The notes below the pieces were generated by a model. It saw only the letters and a list, made by a program, of their open reading frames with translations. It was not told the DNA's origin and did not search any database. A DNA stretch of 60,272 nucleotides, taken from contig NC_057721.1 of assembly GCF_004010195.1 (NCBI RefSeq), forward strand, positions 34,967,166 through 35,027,437, given 5' to 3'. Of the stretch, positions 1 through 13,100 are shown one piece after another. The position numbers were made by a program, and so were the translations under genes. The DNA comes from Chiloscyllium plagiosum (lineage: Eukaryota). The first letter of the stretch is position 1. Each line of letters starts with the position of its first letter.

Positions 1-985
1 GGGGACTAACATGCAGGCAGGGAGATTTGCTAGAGCTGTTTGGGAGGGTTTAAACAAGTAAGGTGGTGGTGTGGGACTAGGGAAGTAGTGAGGAAAGAGA
101 TTAATTTGAGACTGGTACAGTTGGGAAAGGGAGCAAGTCAAACAGTCAGGGCAGGCAGGAACAAAGCAGAGAACAAGGTAGGACTGATAAATTAAACTGC
201 ATTTATTTCAATGCAAGAGGCCTAACAAGGAAGGCAGATGAACTCAGGGCATAGTTAGCAACATGGGACTGGGATGCCATAGCAATTACAGAAACGTGCT
301 CAGGGATGGGCAGAACTGGCAGCTTAATGTTCCAGGATACAAATGCTACAGGAAGTACAGAAAGGAAGGCAAGAGAGGAGGTGGTGTGGCAAGGAGATAA
401 GGGATAGCATTACTGCTGTTCTTAGGGAGGATATTCCTGGGAATACATCCAGGTAAGTTATTTGAGTGCAACTGAAAAATAAGGAAGGAATGATCACCTT
501 ATTGGGATTGTATTATAGACCCCCCAATAGTCAGCGGGAAATTGAGAAACACATTTGTAAGGAGATTTCAGTTATCTTTAAGAATAATAGGGTGGTTATG
601 GTAGGGGATTTTAACTTTCCAAACATAGACTGGGACTGGCATAGCATTAAGGGTTTAGATGGAGAGGAATTTGTTAAGTGTGTACAAAAAAAATTTCTGA
701 TTCAGTATGTGGATGTACCCACTAGAGAAGGTGCAAAATGTGGCCTACTCTTGGGAAATAAGGCAGGGCAGATGACTGAGGTGTCAGCGGGAGAGCACTT
801 TGGGGCCAGTGACCATAATTCTACCAGTTTTAAAATAGTAAAGGAAAAGGATAAACCAGATCTGAAAGTGAAAGTTCTAAATTGGAGGAAGGCTAATTTT
901 GATGGTATTAGGCAAGAACTGTCAAAAGCTGCTTGGAGGCAGATGTTCACAGGTGAAGGGATGGCTAGAAAATGGGAAGCCTTCA
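1..985 (+). mobile_element. CR1/HER1-like LINE, 5' part (ORF1 end and ORF2 AP endonuclease), interrupted by a nested LINE
   Basis: ORF 466-1014 has YYRPPN, VMVGDFNFPNIDW and SDHN endonuclease motifs. The frame breaks after ...KWEAF at 985 and resumes at 5084 (NE.MRVQRQYIPVRVKGK). Confidence 0.9.
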
Positions 986-3900
986 TTTTTGGGAACAGCG
1001 AGAGCAAGGACTGAAGGCTGCCGGTTAGGTAAGTTAATAATTTAAAAACCTAGCTCGTGAATAGGCAGAGCGCACACTGAGCAGGAGTGCAAACAGGACT
1101 GCTGAGTAAGTGAGGTAATATACTTAGGCGGTTGCTTTACCTGAAACACTACTTAGGTAGTGTCTCCCACCCATCCTCCTCCTCTAACCTTGGAGCTGGA
1201 TGAACCTTGGATCATTTGGGAGGCTGAGAGAGTTATAGGGGGTTGTCACACCTCGGGTACAGGAAACAGATAGATGGGTTACAGTCAGGGGATGGAAAGG
1301 GAACCAGCAGACAGTGCAGGGATCCCCTGTGGCTGTTCCCCTCAATAACAACTATACTGTTTTGGATACTGTTGGGGAGGAAGACTTATCAGGGGTAAGC
1401 CATGGGGTACAAGCCTCTGGTACAGAGTCTGTTCCTGTTGCTCAGAAGAGAAGTGGGGAGAAGACTAGAGCATTAGTCATTGGGGACTCCCTAGTTAGGG
1501 GGATAGATAGGAGATTCTGTGGGAATGAGAGAGCCTTGCAGTTATTGTGTTTCCTCCCAGCTGCCAGGGTTCGTGATGTCTCGGATCATATTTTTAAGAT
1601 TTTTGGTGGACGGAGAGCAGCCCCAAGTCGTGGTCCACATAGTCATAGGTAGGAAAAGGGATGGGGATTTAAGGCAGAAATTCAGGGAGCTATTACCTGT
1701 GCCACGTGCTAGCGAGGCGAGGAATAGGGAGAGAGAGGAGTTGAACACGTGGCTACAAGGATGTTGTAGGAGGGAGGGTTTCAGATACCTGGATAATTGG
1801 GGCACATACAAACAGGATGGTCTACACCTGAATCAGAAGGGCACCGATACCCTGGGAGGAGCTTTGCTAATGTTCTTTGGGAGGGTTTAAACTAATTCAG
1901 CAGGGGGATGGGAACCTGAATTGTGGCTCCAGTGTGCAGGAGGTTGAAAGTTGTGAATTCATTAATAAGGACTCAAGGTCACAAGAGTGTACCAGCAGGC
2001 AGGAAAGTGGCTTGAAGTGTGTCTACTTCAATGCCAGGAGAATCTGGAATAAGGTGAGTGAACTTGCAACATGAGTTGGTACCTGGGACTTGGTGTTGTG
2101 GCCATTTCAGAGACATGGATAGAACAGGGACAGGAATGGCTGTTGCAGGTGCTGGGATTTAGATGTTTCAGTAAGAACAGGGAAGGCGGTAAAAGAGATT
2201 AGATTAGATTACTTTACAGTGTGGAAACAGGTCCTTCGGCCCAACAAGTCCACACCGACCCGCCGAAGCGCAACCCACCCATACCCCTACATTTACCCCT
2301 TACCTAACACTACGGGCAATTTAGCATAGCCAATTCACCTGACCTGCACATCTTTGGAGTGTGGGAGGAAACCGGAGCACCCAGAGGAAACCCACGCAGA
2401 CACAGGGAGAACGTGCAAACTCCACACAGTCAGTCGCCTGAGGCGGGAATTGAACCAGGGTCTCTGGCGCTGTGAGGCAGCAGTGCTAACCACTGTGCCA
2501 CCGTGCCGCCCATAAGGGGGAGGTGTGGCATTGTTAGTCAAGGTCAGTATTATTGTGGCAGAAAGGACGCTTGATGAGGACTCGTCTATTGAGGTAGTAT
2601 GGGCTGAGGTTAGAAACAGGAAAGGAGAGGTCACCCTGTTAGAAGTTTTCTATAGTCCTCTGAAAACATCTAGAGATGTACAGGAAAGGATTGCAAAAAT
2701 GATTCTGGATAGGAGAGAAAATAACAGGGTAGTTGTTATGGGGGCTTTAACTTTCCAAATATTGACTGGAAACGCTATAGTACGAGTACTTTAGATGGGT
2801 CAATTTTTGTCCAATATGTGCAAAAGGGTTTCCTGACACAGTATGTAGAAAGGGCAACAAGAGGCGAGGCCATATTGGATTTGGTACTGGGTAATGAACC
2901 AGGCTAGGTGTTAGATTTTGAGTTGGATGAGCTCTTTGGTGATAGTGACCGTAATTAGTGATGAAATGGGATAGGTATATACCGCAGGAAAAGAGTTATA
3001 GCTGGGGGAAAGGCAATTATGATGCGATTAGGCAAGATTTAGGATGCATAGGATGGGGAAGGAAACTGCAGGGATGGGCACAATTGAAATGTGGAGCTTG
3101 TTCAAGGAACAGCTGCTGCGTGTCCTTGATAAATATGTACCTGTCAGGCAGGGAGGAAGTGGTCGAGTTAGTGAACCGTGGTTTATTAAAGAAGTTGACT
3201 CTCTTGTCAAGAGGAAGAAAGGGGTTTTTATAAAGATGAGACATGAAGGCTCAGTTAAGGTAATTGAGAGTTACAAGTTAGACAGGAAGGGCCAACAGAT
3301 AGAGCTAAGAGCCAGGAGGAGACATGAGAAGTCTTTGGTAGGTAGGATCAAGGAAAACCCTAAAGCTTTCTATAGGTATGTCAGGAATGAAAGAATGACT
3401 AGAGTAAGATTAGAGCCAGTCAAAGACAGTAGTGGGAAGTTGTGCGTGGAGTCCAAGGAGATAGGAGAAGTGCTAAATGAATAATTTTGTCAGTATTCAC
3501 CCTGGACAAAGACAATGTTGTCAAGGAGAATACTGAAATATCGGCTATTAGACTAGACGGGATTGGTTCATAAGGAGGAGGTGTTAGCAATTCTGGAAAA
3601 TATGAAAATAGATAACTCCCCTGGGCCGGATGGGATTTATCCCAGGATTCTCTGGGAAGCTCGGGAGGAGGTTGCAGTCCTTTGGCTTTGGTCTTTATGT
3701 CGTCATTGTCTACAGGAATAGTGCCAGAAGACTGGAGGATAGTAAATACTGTTCCCTTTGTCAAGAAGGGGAGTAGAGACAACTCTGAAAATTGTAGACC
3801 AGGAAGCCTTATTTTGGTTGTGGGTAAAGTGTTGGAAAGGGTTATAAGAGGTAAGAGATAGGATTTATAATCACCTAGATAGGAATAATTTGATTGGGGA

Positions 3901-5083
3901 TAGTCAACACGGTTTTGTGAAGGGTAGATTGTGCCTTACAAACTTTATTGAGTTCTTTGAGACAGTGACCAAACAGGTGAATGAGGATTGTTAATGAATC
4001 AGAGGCATGGGATTGTTAATGATTTAGCTGTTTGGATCAGAAATAGGCTTGCTGAAAGAAGAGGCAGGGCGGTGGCTGTTGGGAAATGTTCATCCTGGAG
4101 TTCAGTTACTAGTGGTGTACAGCAAGGATCTGTTTTTAGGGCCACTGCAGTTTGTAATTTTTATAAATGACTTGGATGAGGGTTAGTAAATTTGCAGATG
4201 ACACTAAGGTCAGTGGAGTTGTGGACAGTACGGATGGATGTTGCAGGTTACAGAGGGAAATAGATAAGCTGCAGAGTTAGGCTGAGAGCTGGCAAATGGA
4301 GTTTAATGTGGAAAAGTGTGAGTTGATTCACTTTGGTAGGAGTAACAGGAATACAGAGTACTGGGCTATTGGTAAGATTCTTGGTAGTGTGGATGAGCAG
4401 AGACATCTCAATGTCCATGTACATAGATCCTTGAAAGTTGCCACCCAGGTTGATAGGGCTGTTAAGAGTGTGTGTTAGCTTTTATTGGGAGAGGGATTAA
4501 TTTCAGAGCCATGAAGTCATGTTGCAGCTGTACAAAACTCTAGTGCGAACACACTTGGAGTATTGCATACAGTTCTGGTCGTAGCATTATAGGAAGGACG
4601 TGGAAGCATTGGAAAGGGTCCAGTGGAGATTTACCAGGATGTTGCCTGGTATGGAGGGAAGGTCTTATCAGGAAAGGCTAAGGAATTTCAGGCTGTTTTG
4701 TTAGAGAGAAGAAGGTTGAGAGGTGACCTAATTGAGACATACAAGATGATAAGGGGATTAGAGAGGGTGGACAGTGAGAGTCTTTTTCCTCGGATGGTGA
4801 TGGCTAGCATGAGGGGATATATCATTAAATTGAGGGGTAACAAATACAGGACAGATGTCAGAGGTAGGTTCTTTACACAGAGTAGTAATGGTGTGGAACA
4901 GTATGCCTGCAACAGTAGTAGACTTACCAACTTTAAGGGCATTTAAATCATCATTGGCTAAACATATGGATGATAATGGAATAGTGTAGGTCAGATGGGC
5001 TTCAGATTGGTTTCACAGGTTAGCAGAAAATCGAGGGTCAAAGGGCCTGTACTGCGCTGTAATGTTCTATGTTCGATATTCTA
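986..5083 (+). mobile_element. Near full-length decayed CR1 LINE (5' UTR, ORF1 with GDSL/SGNH esterase, ORF2 EN-RT, GTTCTAT tail) nested in another CR1
   Basis: ALVIGDSLVRG and DGLHLN esterase motifs (1314-1890); CVYFNAR endonuclease start near 2018; RT fragments; tail gttctatgttcgatattcta ending 5083; many stops and frameshifts. Confidence 0.9.
2196..2511 (-). mobile_element. HE1-type tRNA-derived (V-)SINE inserted in the nested CR1
   Basis: Reverse complement begins GGGCGGCACGGTGGCACAGTGGTTAGCACTGCTGCC (A box), has GGTTCAATTCCC (B box) and ends in (AATCT)n. It splits the host codons GGKR|GGGVALL. Confidence 0.9.
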
Positions 5084-7206
5084 AAATGAGATGAGAGTCC
5101 AGAGACAGTATATTCCCGTTAGGGTGAAAGGCAAGATTGGTAGGTTAGAGAATGTTCAATGATGAGAAAATTTGAGGGTTAAGAAAAAGAAGGAAGCATA
5201 TGTCAGGTATAAACAGGAGAGATCAAGTAAATCCTTAGCAGTGTATAAAGGCAGTAGGAGTATACTGCGACCACTCTTGGAGTATTGGATGCAGTTCTGG
5301 TCGCAGCAAAATGCTGAGTATACGTAAAAGGGAAATCAGGAGGATAAAAGAGGACGTGAGATAGCTTTGGCAAACAGGGTTAAGGAGAATCCAAAGGGAT
5401 TTTATAAATACATTAAGGATAAAAGGGTAACTACGACAAGAATAGGACCCCTCAAAGACCAGCAAGGCAGCCAATGTATGGAACTGCAAGAGATGGGGGA
5501 GATACTAAACAAGTATTTTGCATCTGTGTTTTCTGTGGAGAAGGACATGGAAGATATACAGCATGGGAAAATAGATGGTGACATCTTCAAAAATGTCCAA
5601 ATTACAGAGGAGGTGATGCTGGATGTCTTGAAATGCATAAAAGTGGACAAATCCCCATGACCTTATCAGGTGTAACATAGAACTCTGTGGGAAGCTAGAG
5701 AAGTGATTGCTAGGCCCCTTGCTAAGATATTTGCATCATCGATAATCACAGATGAGGTGCTGGAAGACTGGAGGTTAGCTAATGTGGTGCCACTATTTAA
5801 GAAAGGTGGTAAGGAAAAGCCGGGGAACAATAGACCAGTGAGCCTGCTGTCGATGGTGGGCAAGTTGTTGAAGGGAATCCCGAGGGACAGGATTTACGTG
5901 TATTTGGAAAGGCAAAGAATGATTAGACATAGTCAGCATGGCTTCATGGGTGGGAATTCATGTATCACAAACTTAATTGAGTTATTTGAAGAAGTAACAA
6001 AGAGGATTGATGAGGGCAGAGCGGTGGATGTGATCTATATGGACTTCAGTAAGGCGTTTGACAAGGTTCCTTTGGGAGACTGATTAGCAAGGTTAGATCT
6101 CACGGAATACAGGGAGAACTAGCCATTTGGATACAGAACTGGCTCAAAGGTAGAAGACAGAGGGTGGTGGTGGAGGTTTGTTTTTCAGACTGGAGGCCTG
6201 TAACCAGTGGTGTGCTGGGTTCACTACATTTTGTCATTCATATAAATGATTTGGATGTCAACATAGGAGGTATAGTTAGTAAGTTTGCAGATTACACCAA
6301 AATTAGAGGAGTAGTGGACAGCAAAGAAGGTTACCTTAGACTACAACGGGATCTAGATCAGTTGGGCCAATGAGCTGAGGAGTGGCAGATGGTGTTGAAT
6401 TTAGATAAATGTGAGGTGCTGCATTTTGGAAAGGCAAATCAGGGCAGGACTTATACACTTAATGGTAAGGTCCTGGGGAGTGAAGCTGAACAAAGAGACC
6501 TTGGAGTGCAGGTCCATTGTTCCTTGAAAGTAGAGTCACACGTAGATAGGATAGTGAAGAAGGCATTTGGTATGCTTTCCTTTATTGGTCAGGGCATTGA
6601 GTACAGGAGTTGGGAGGTCATGTTGGGAGGTCAGCTGTACAGGACATTGTATAAGCTTTGGAATATTGCATGCAATTCTGGTTTTCTTCCTATAGGAAGG
6701 ATGTTGTGAAACTTGAAAGGGCTCAGAAAAGATTTACAAGGATGTTGCCAGGGTTGGAGGCTTTGAGCGAGAGCAAGAGGCTGAATAGGCTGGGGCTGTT
6801 TTCCCTGGAGTTTCGGAGACTGAGGGGTGACCTTATAAAGGTTTATAAAATCATGAGGGGCATGGATAGGATAAATAGACAAGGTCTTTTCCCTGGGATG
6901 GGGCAGTTCAGAACTAGAGGACATAGGTTTAAGGTGACAGGGGAATGATATAAGAGGGACCAAAGGGACAACATTTTCACACAGGGGTGGTGCGTGTATG
7001 GAATGAGCTGCCAGAAGAAGTGGTGGAGGCTGGTACAATTACAGCATTTAAAAGGCGTCTGGATGGGTAAATGAATTGGAAGGGTTTAGATGAATATGCG
7101 TGCCAAATGCTGGCAAATGGGACTAGATTAGGTTAGGATACCTGGTCAGCATAGATGAATTGGACCAAAGGGTTTGTTTCCTTGCTGTACTTCTCTGTGA
7201 CTCTAT
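5084..7206 (+). mobile_element. CR1/HER1-like LINE, 3' part (RT and 3' UTR) of the element starting at 1
   Basis: DWRLANVVPLFKKG, DVIYMDFSKAFDKVP and SKFADYTK motifs; tail ...ctctgtgactctat. Confidence 0.9.
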
Positions 7207-7606
7207 TTAATATTCCCCATATACTCTGAATAGTTCCGTTGCTACTTTCGTCCGAGGAATGAATGGAAGTTTATGTGAATATAAAGGTTCCCTCCAATGT
7301 TAGGTTTGATATTCACATGTAAGTCACTGAATATCTTGAATTATCCCTGGCTCGTACACAGTTTCATGTGCTCACTGATTTGTGTGTTCAATACTGATGT
7401 GTTCTGGTGTAACATGGATCTTATCTCTTAGCATACTGCTTTTGATATTAGAACTTGTTTGCTCTTGAAGATGAATTGACATGATATACAAAGTTTGTCC
7501 TTCTATGGCCAAAATGAATGAATCATCTCATACTTTTAATTAGTACTGTCAGGCCATGTATGACTATTGTTCTTGTATAAGTCTTACATGATCACAAGTT
7601 GATCAT

Positions 7607-7920
7607 CGGTGGCACAGTGGTTAGCACTACTGCCTCACAACGCCAGAGACCCGGGTTCAATTCCCGCCTCAGGCGACTGACTGTGTGGAGTTTGCACGTT
7701 CTCCCCGTGTCTGCGTGGGTTTCCTCCGGGTACTCCGGTTTCCTCCCACAGTCCAAAGATGTGCAGGGCCAGGTGAATTGGCCATACTATATTGCCTGTA
7801 GTGTTAGGTAAGGGGTAAATGTAGGGGTATGGGTGGGTTTCGCTTCGGCGGGTCGGTGTGGACTTGTTGGGCTGAAGGGCCTGTTCCCACACTGTAATGT
7901 AATCTAATCTAATCTAATCT
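7607..7920 (+). mobile_element. HE1-type SINE
   Basis: Same sequence family as 2196-2511; A and B boxes and (AATCT)4 tail. Confidence 0.9.
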
Positions 7921-8277
7921 TTTAGAGTTGCTAATGTCAACTCTTCACATTGGCTGTGGCCAGATCTGATCGATCTTGAGAATATCTTTCCCTTCGTAGT
8001 CAAGAGCGTCAACATATAGGTAAAAGGAATATCTTGGTCTTTTGTGTGTCTTAATGTAACCATTCTGGTACTCGGCTTATTTCTCACTTCAGTCGTATCC
8101 TTAACCCTTGACAAGTAAACACTGCAAGAATGGCAATGCACTATTGTGCAATTTGTGGCACATCATCTCTAATGACTTCTGATCTGTTTCAATGGGGAAT
8201 TTCCTGCAAAATAAATATGTGTGAAATTACATGATGCCTAATTCCAAGCTTAATGTCTCATCTTCAATATTGGAACA

Positions 8278-8498
8278 CAGTTGGTTTTGCTATAACGTGT
8301 GCTTCTTCAACATGAATTGGCTTTTACACAGTTGACGAATTTAGACCATTATTTGTAGATTGTGTACGTTTCTTACCTGTATTGGCTATAATGCGATTCC
8401 AGCTCCCTTAGTTTAAATGGCACAGCAATTGCGCGATTTTCTTATAACACGAGATCGCATGAGAACAGAACTGTTGCTTTATATCAGTACTAACCATA
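8278..8498. mobile_element. Degenerate MER6/Tigger-like non-autonomous DNA transposon
   Basis: Imperfect inverted termini (cagttggttttgctataacg ... ctttatatcagtactaaccata) and internal ctataa/ttataacac subrepeats. Confidence 0.5.
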
Positions 8499-8509
8499 GT
8501 TGGCTTTAT

Positions 8510-8825
8510 TTTAATTCCTTCATGGGATGTGAACATTGCTGGCAATGCCAGCATTTATTGCCCATCCCTAATTGTTAACACTTAAGAGTTAATAATATTG
8601 CTATGGGTCTGGAGTAACATGTAGAATAGATCAGTTAAGGATGAAAGTTTCCTTCCCTAAAGGACATTAGATAATTAACAATGGTTTCATGGTTATTCTC
8701 TTAACATTCTTAATTGCAAACTTTTATTGAATTTAAGTTCCACCATCTGCTCTGGCAGTATTTGACCTGGGGTCCCCAGAACAATACCTGGGTCTCTGAA
8801 TTACTCATCTGGCAATAATACCACA
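8510..8825 (-). mobile_element. tRNA-derived SINE with Meta-like central domain
   Basis: Minus strand has a tRNA-like head (gtggtattattgcc...gacccaggt), the central ctaatgtcctttagggaaggaaa motif and the tail attagggatgggcaataaatgctggc. The family name is from recall, not a search. Confidence 0.55.
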
Positions 8826-9177
8826 TTCCTATGACATGTGTGCTTGTACAGATGGCAGGATTTAGAATCAAGGCAATAGGACTTTTGTCTTGCAAATTTT
8901 TTGCAATGCATTCGATTTGAGAATCATGTATTTTCTAGTGTAGTTGTATTATGATAAGCAAGAACCTATTTGAGAGAAGCAAAGACATATTGGTAGTTGT
9001 ATTCCCACATATAAGAGTAGTCTTTCTTAAGCTAATCCCTCAGCAAAGTTACTTTTTCAGCAAGGTGCTGATTGTACAGTCATAGGAAAAGTAAAAGGCT
9101 CAAGGCAACATCGCAGATCCTCTTTATCCCATGGGGTCAGTATTTGTTGATTATTCTCGATCTTACCTGGAATAGTA

Positions 9178-9763
9178 TAGAACATAGAACATAGAAGAAT
9201 ACAGCGCAGTACAGGCCCTTTGGCCCTCGATGTTGCGCCGATCCAAGCCCACCTAACCTATACTAACCCACTATCCTCCATTTCCCTATCCAATGCCCGC
9301 TTAAATGCCCATAAAGAGGGAGAGTCCACCACTGCTGCTGGCAGGGCATTCCATGAACTTACGACCCGCTGAGTGAAGAACCTACCCCTAACTACAGTCC
9401 TATATCTACCACCCCTCCCTCTGGTCGTCGTCACTTCCCCCTGGTGCTCCCGCTCTTTCTGTGAAGAGTGAGTGAAAGAGAGAAAAAAACACCGCTGCCC
9501 GCTACCGGTAAGCACTTTTAAAACCAAACGGTCTTACCTTCGCTGCTGCTCGCACTGGAAATGACCGACCACTTCGAAGGGTGAGTATAAATACTCACCG
9601 CTTTCCTTCCCTGCTGCCCCTCTGGTCGTCGTCACTTCCCCCTGGTGCTCCCGCTCTTTCTGTGAAGAGAGTGAAAGAGAGAAAAAAACACCGCTGCCCG
9701 CTACCGGTAAGCACTTTTAAAACCAAACGGTCTTACCTTCGCTGCTGCTCGCACTGGAAATGG
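9178..9763 (-). mobile_element. Short CR1 derivative: two CpG-rich ~201-bp-period monomers fused to ~240 bp of CR1 3' end
   Basis: 9178-9416 is a CR1 tail ((TAGAACA)n; encodes RGRFFTQRVVSSWNALP). 9417-9563 is repeated at 9618-9762. Confidence 0.7.
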
Positions 9764-9900
9764 ATTCCCTGGGCAAAGTAAATGGATCCAAACAGGTTTA
9801 TCTGGCTGATGTATATTTGACTCTGTTAAATAACAGTCCTTTGAATTGAATTACTGTCACCAGCAGCTGAAAGTTGTGTTCATGCTCTGCCTTTGATTTA

Positions 9901-10058
9901 AGGAGCAGGAGAATCGACGTTTCGGGCATGAGCCCTTCTTCAAGGCTCATGCCGGAAACGTCGATTCTCCTGCTCCTTGGATGCTGCCTGACCTGCTGCG
10001 CTTTTCCAGCAACACATTTTCAGCTCTGATCTCCAGCATTTGCAGTCCTCACTTTCTC
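9901..10058. mobile_element. Penelope-derived hairpin insertion with hammerhead-like sequence
   Basis: Inverted arms aggagcaggagaatcgacgtttc...gaaacgtcgattctcctgctcct; 14-bp TSD ctgcctttgattta (9887-9900, 10059-10072). Confidence 0.8.
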
Positions 10059-10918
10059 CTGCCTTTGATTTACTCATGAAAATGATATTGTCAGCAATGT
10101 AAATTCAATCAGGTATATCATCAATAATCCCTTCCATTATAGAATGGATAATTAATTTGAGATAACTGATGGGACAGTGACACTGCCCTCGCCTTAAGAT
10201 AAAATTAATGAGATGGCAATTAACACAAATATGTTCTGTCAAAGCTCAGACAGTTGAATCACTAATTTACTTTATGAACGCTCTTTTCTACTGTGGTATT
10301 TCTGTCACATTAAAATGAGTAAGAATTTGAGCTTTTTTGCTGCTTTGAAACTGGTTCCTTCTTCACATCCTCTGGACGTCACCTATAGTTTTACAGATGG
10401 GGAGTCTATTTGTCATAACTTGGTACAACTTATATGTGTGAAACATTATTTGTTCACAGCATCAACATTGAGTCTTAGCCTCCTCTTTGTGATGCCTTGT
10501 CATGTTTGCCTGTTGAGACCTTATAAGATGGATGGATATTGTTTCTCTCCTATATTAAGGATTTCCCTTTCCTCACACACTTTTGAATAGCTTTCTCCAT
10601 AGTCAAATTTTCTTTGGACCATAACAGATCTAAAAAAACTCATCAATGATTTTAACATTATTCTGCTTCATACAAAATCTGATTTCCAAACTTTATAGTC
10701 AAAGGGGACCATTAATGGAATTATCTATAGATACCTCAGGATATTTAACTCTTCTGCTAACTCCTTTTCTTTCAAGATCTTTGTTTATAAACAGATTAAA
10801 TTAATTGCCAAAACCTTGAAGAGCTTCCGCAAAAGTGCCTGTGTCTTTTATATTTTGACAATTCATAATTATGTCAGCTCTAATTCCTATTGAAAACAAC
10901 AGTGTATTTACTTGCTCA

Positions 10919-11162
10919 AAAATAGAAATTGCTGGAAAAAACTCAGCAGGGCTGTGGAGTTTCTGTGGAGAGAAAGCAAAATCAATGTTTTGGATCCAGT
11001 GACTATTCTTCAGAACCTATTCTCCCATTCTGAAGAAAGATCACTGGATTTGAAACATTGACTCTGCTTTCTGTTCACAGATGCTGCCAGACTCACTGAG
11101 TTGTTCCTGAGTAATTTTTGTTTCTGATTTCCAGCATTCACAGTTATTTTGTTTTTTTGTTT
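10919..11162. mobile_element. Penelope-derived hairpin insertion (second family) with two degenerate hammerhead cores
   Basis: Inverted arms around 11016-11028; ctgaaga...gaaac on +; imperfect 18-bp TSD (10901-10918, 11163-11180). Confidence 0.7.
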
Positions 11163-11399
11163 AGTATATTTACTTAATCAACTACAGATTTAGATATTTA
11201 ATGTTGAAACAAATTCTGTGCCATAAGTATCGTTTTCTCCAAGGTATCTAGTTTTCTTTGGCATATCTCTGAAATTAAACCTCTACGATATTATTATATT
11301 CTCTGCCATGTCTTCTTGGTGTAATTATTTATGGTTCTTCCTTTCAAGATATCTTAACTTCTGTTGTATCTAAACACTGCTGCATTTCTCTCTGCTAAA

Positions 11400-12200
11400 T
11401 ACATTTTAAATTCTATGTTATAACAATGCTGTTTTATCTTCTTTACCTTCCAAGTTTTTAAAGCATTGCACTATTTTCTTCTTTGAAAGCTATAAATTAT
11501 ATATTATAGCAATGTTCCATGTTATTTCCAAAAAGCTTTAAATTTTGTTTACTAACAATATTGTACCTCTGTATGGCTTACTGGTCGAGTTCTCACACCT
11601 TTGTATTCAAAATAGTAGTTTACTGCCACCTGCAGGTTAAGTGGAGGTTTTGCATACTTTCTGCAGCTAAGATGAAGGTTTACCACTTTATCGTAGGCAA
11701 AATGTTTCCCAACTTTCACAACCTAAAGTACAATGCACATCCCCTTCCATGATTTTACAAAAAAGCTTTATGGTTGCAGCCTTAAAAACACTTCCTGTCA
11801 AAATTGTGCTTTAATCTCCCATTCTTATTGAATTAAAAGATTTCAACTATGTTCTTCTGTTAGACTCAGTTCTTTCTGTCTTTTAAATTGCCCTTTTGTC
11901 ACTTCAAATGAGCCCAGTGATAATCTTGATACTGAGTCCAGAGTAACTTAAATCCATGGCTCTTCTCATTGCTACTGTAGCTCTGCTTCATGGTCACTAC
12001 ACCTACTGTGAACAATACATACTCCTTCTTTAAGTTTTATCTTTCATGACTTGGTCTTTAGCAACATGAATTTAATAATTCTCCATTTGCCTAATGGGGA
12101 TTTTAAACTTACTTCACGAAGCTCCAAAATTGGCTGTTAATAGCCTAACCTGACCCTGCTTCTCCTGTGCTCCATAATGTGTCTAAAGGGAAGGTTTTAT
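11400..12200 (-). mobile_element. Very old LINE remnant (ORF1 C-terminus and endonuclease start)
   Basis: Minus-strand translations resemble ORF1 (IIKFMLLKTK, HGFKLLWTQ) and endonuclease (HGRGCALY, cf. GGGVALY) motifs; highly decayed, boundaries approximate. Confidence 0.3.
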
Positions 12201-12809
12201 CCTGAAGTGGTGATTCTGTCTTGTTCCTTCCACGGCTCTGCTGACTGTTTGCTCAAGCACTTGCAGCTGTCATCTGACTGAGTATTCTTTAACTGGCAAA
12301 GTATGTAAAGCGGTAAACTCACTTCTAAAATGTATTTTCTCTTCGATGCAACGGATTTTGTTCACCATTGTTAACTTGTGGCATTTGAGCAACAATCTCA
12401 TCCCTGATCACTATGCTATGTGCACTGTACCACCACCAATCCTCTTTTCTATATTTAGTCCAAGCGACTATTTGATTAACAGTGATACAGGATGAACCCC
12501 TGGTTAGTTTTAGCTAGAGCACACACAGCCTTAACAATAGCAATAGCACACTTGCAACAGGCACATTTAACGTTGGCTAGTTCAACATAATAACTAAGAT
12601 TAGCAAGGAGACAATAATGACACATCTATCTCCATCAGGATCTCAAGCTAGACTCCTCTTTTCATCACCCAAAACTTCATGACATCATTAGATTTGATAT
12701 ATCCTTTTATAGCTAAAGAAAACATTTGCATCAAAAATGATAAATGGTGTTAAAAATCCTTTCCTAATTGTTTGCTGTACAAGTATGTCAACGTCCTGTA
12801 ATGCTTGTA

Positions 12810-13100
12810 TAAAGTTAGCAAAACTATTTTCAGCCTCCATTTTCAGCCTCTTAATATTTATAAAGTTTTCTTTCTTTTACCACTATTAGCAATGCCTTTG
12901 TCTACTGCTCTGGACACTCTCACTATCCATTCCATTTGCTCCACTTCCAACCCTATCAATAGCAAAAACACACAATTTCCCAACCTCTTTCTGTTCTGAA
13001 GAAGAATCATATCACTCTCAAAATGTTAACTGTGTTTTCTGTCTTCACAGATGCTGCTAAACCTACTCAGTTTCTCCAGCAGATCCTATTTTTATTTATT
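12810..13100 (+). mobile_element. Degenerate Penelope-like 3' end with hammerhead remnant
   Basis: gtt-ctgaaga...aaatgtt-aac, then cacagatgctgctaaacctactcagtttctccagc as in 11030-11150. Confidence 0.55.

Noticed and set aside
7607-7690. tRNA-like sequences (also at 2440-2511, 13884 and 50431)
   Set aside because: They are SINE heads continuing into V-domain and LINE-derived tails, not tRNA genes.
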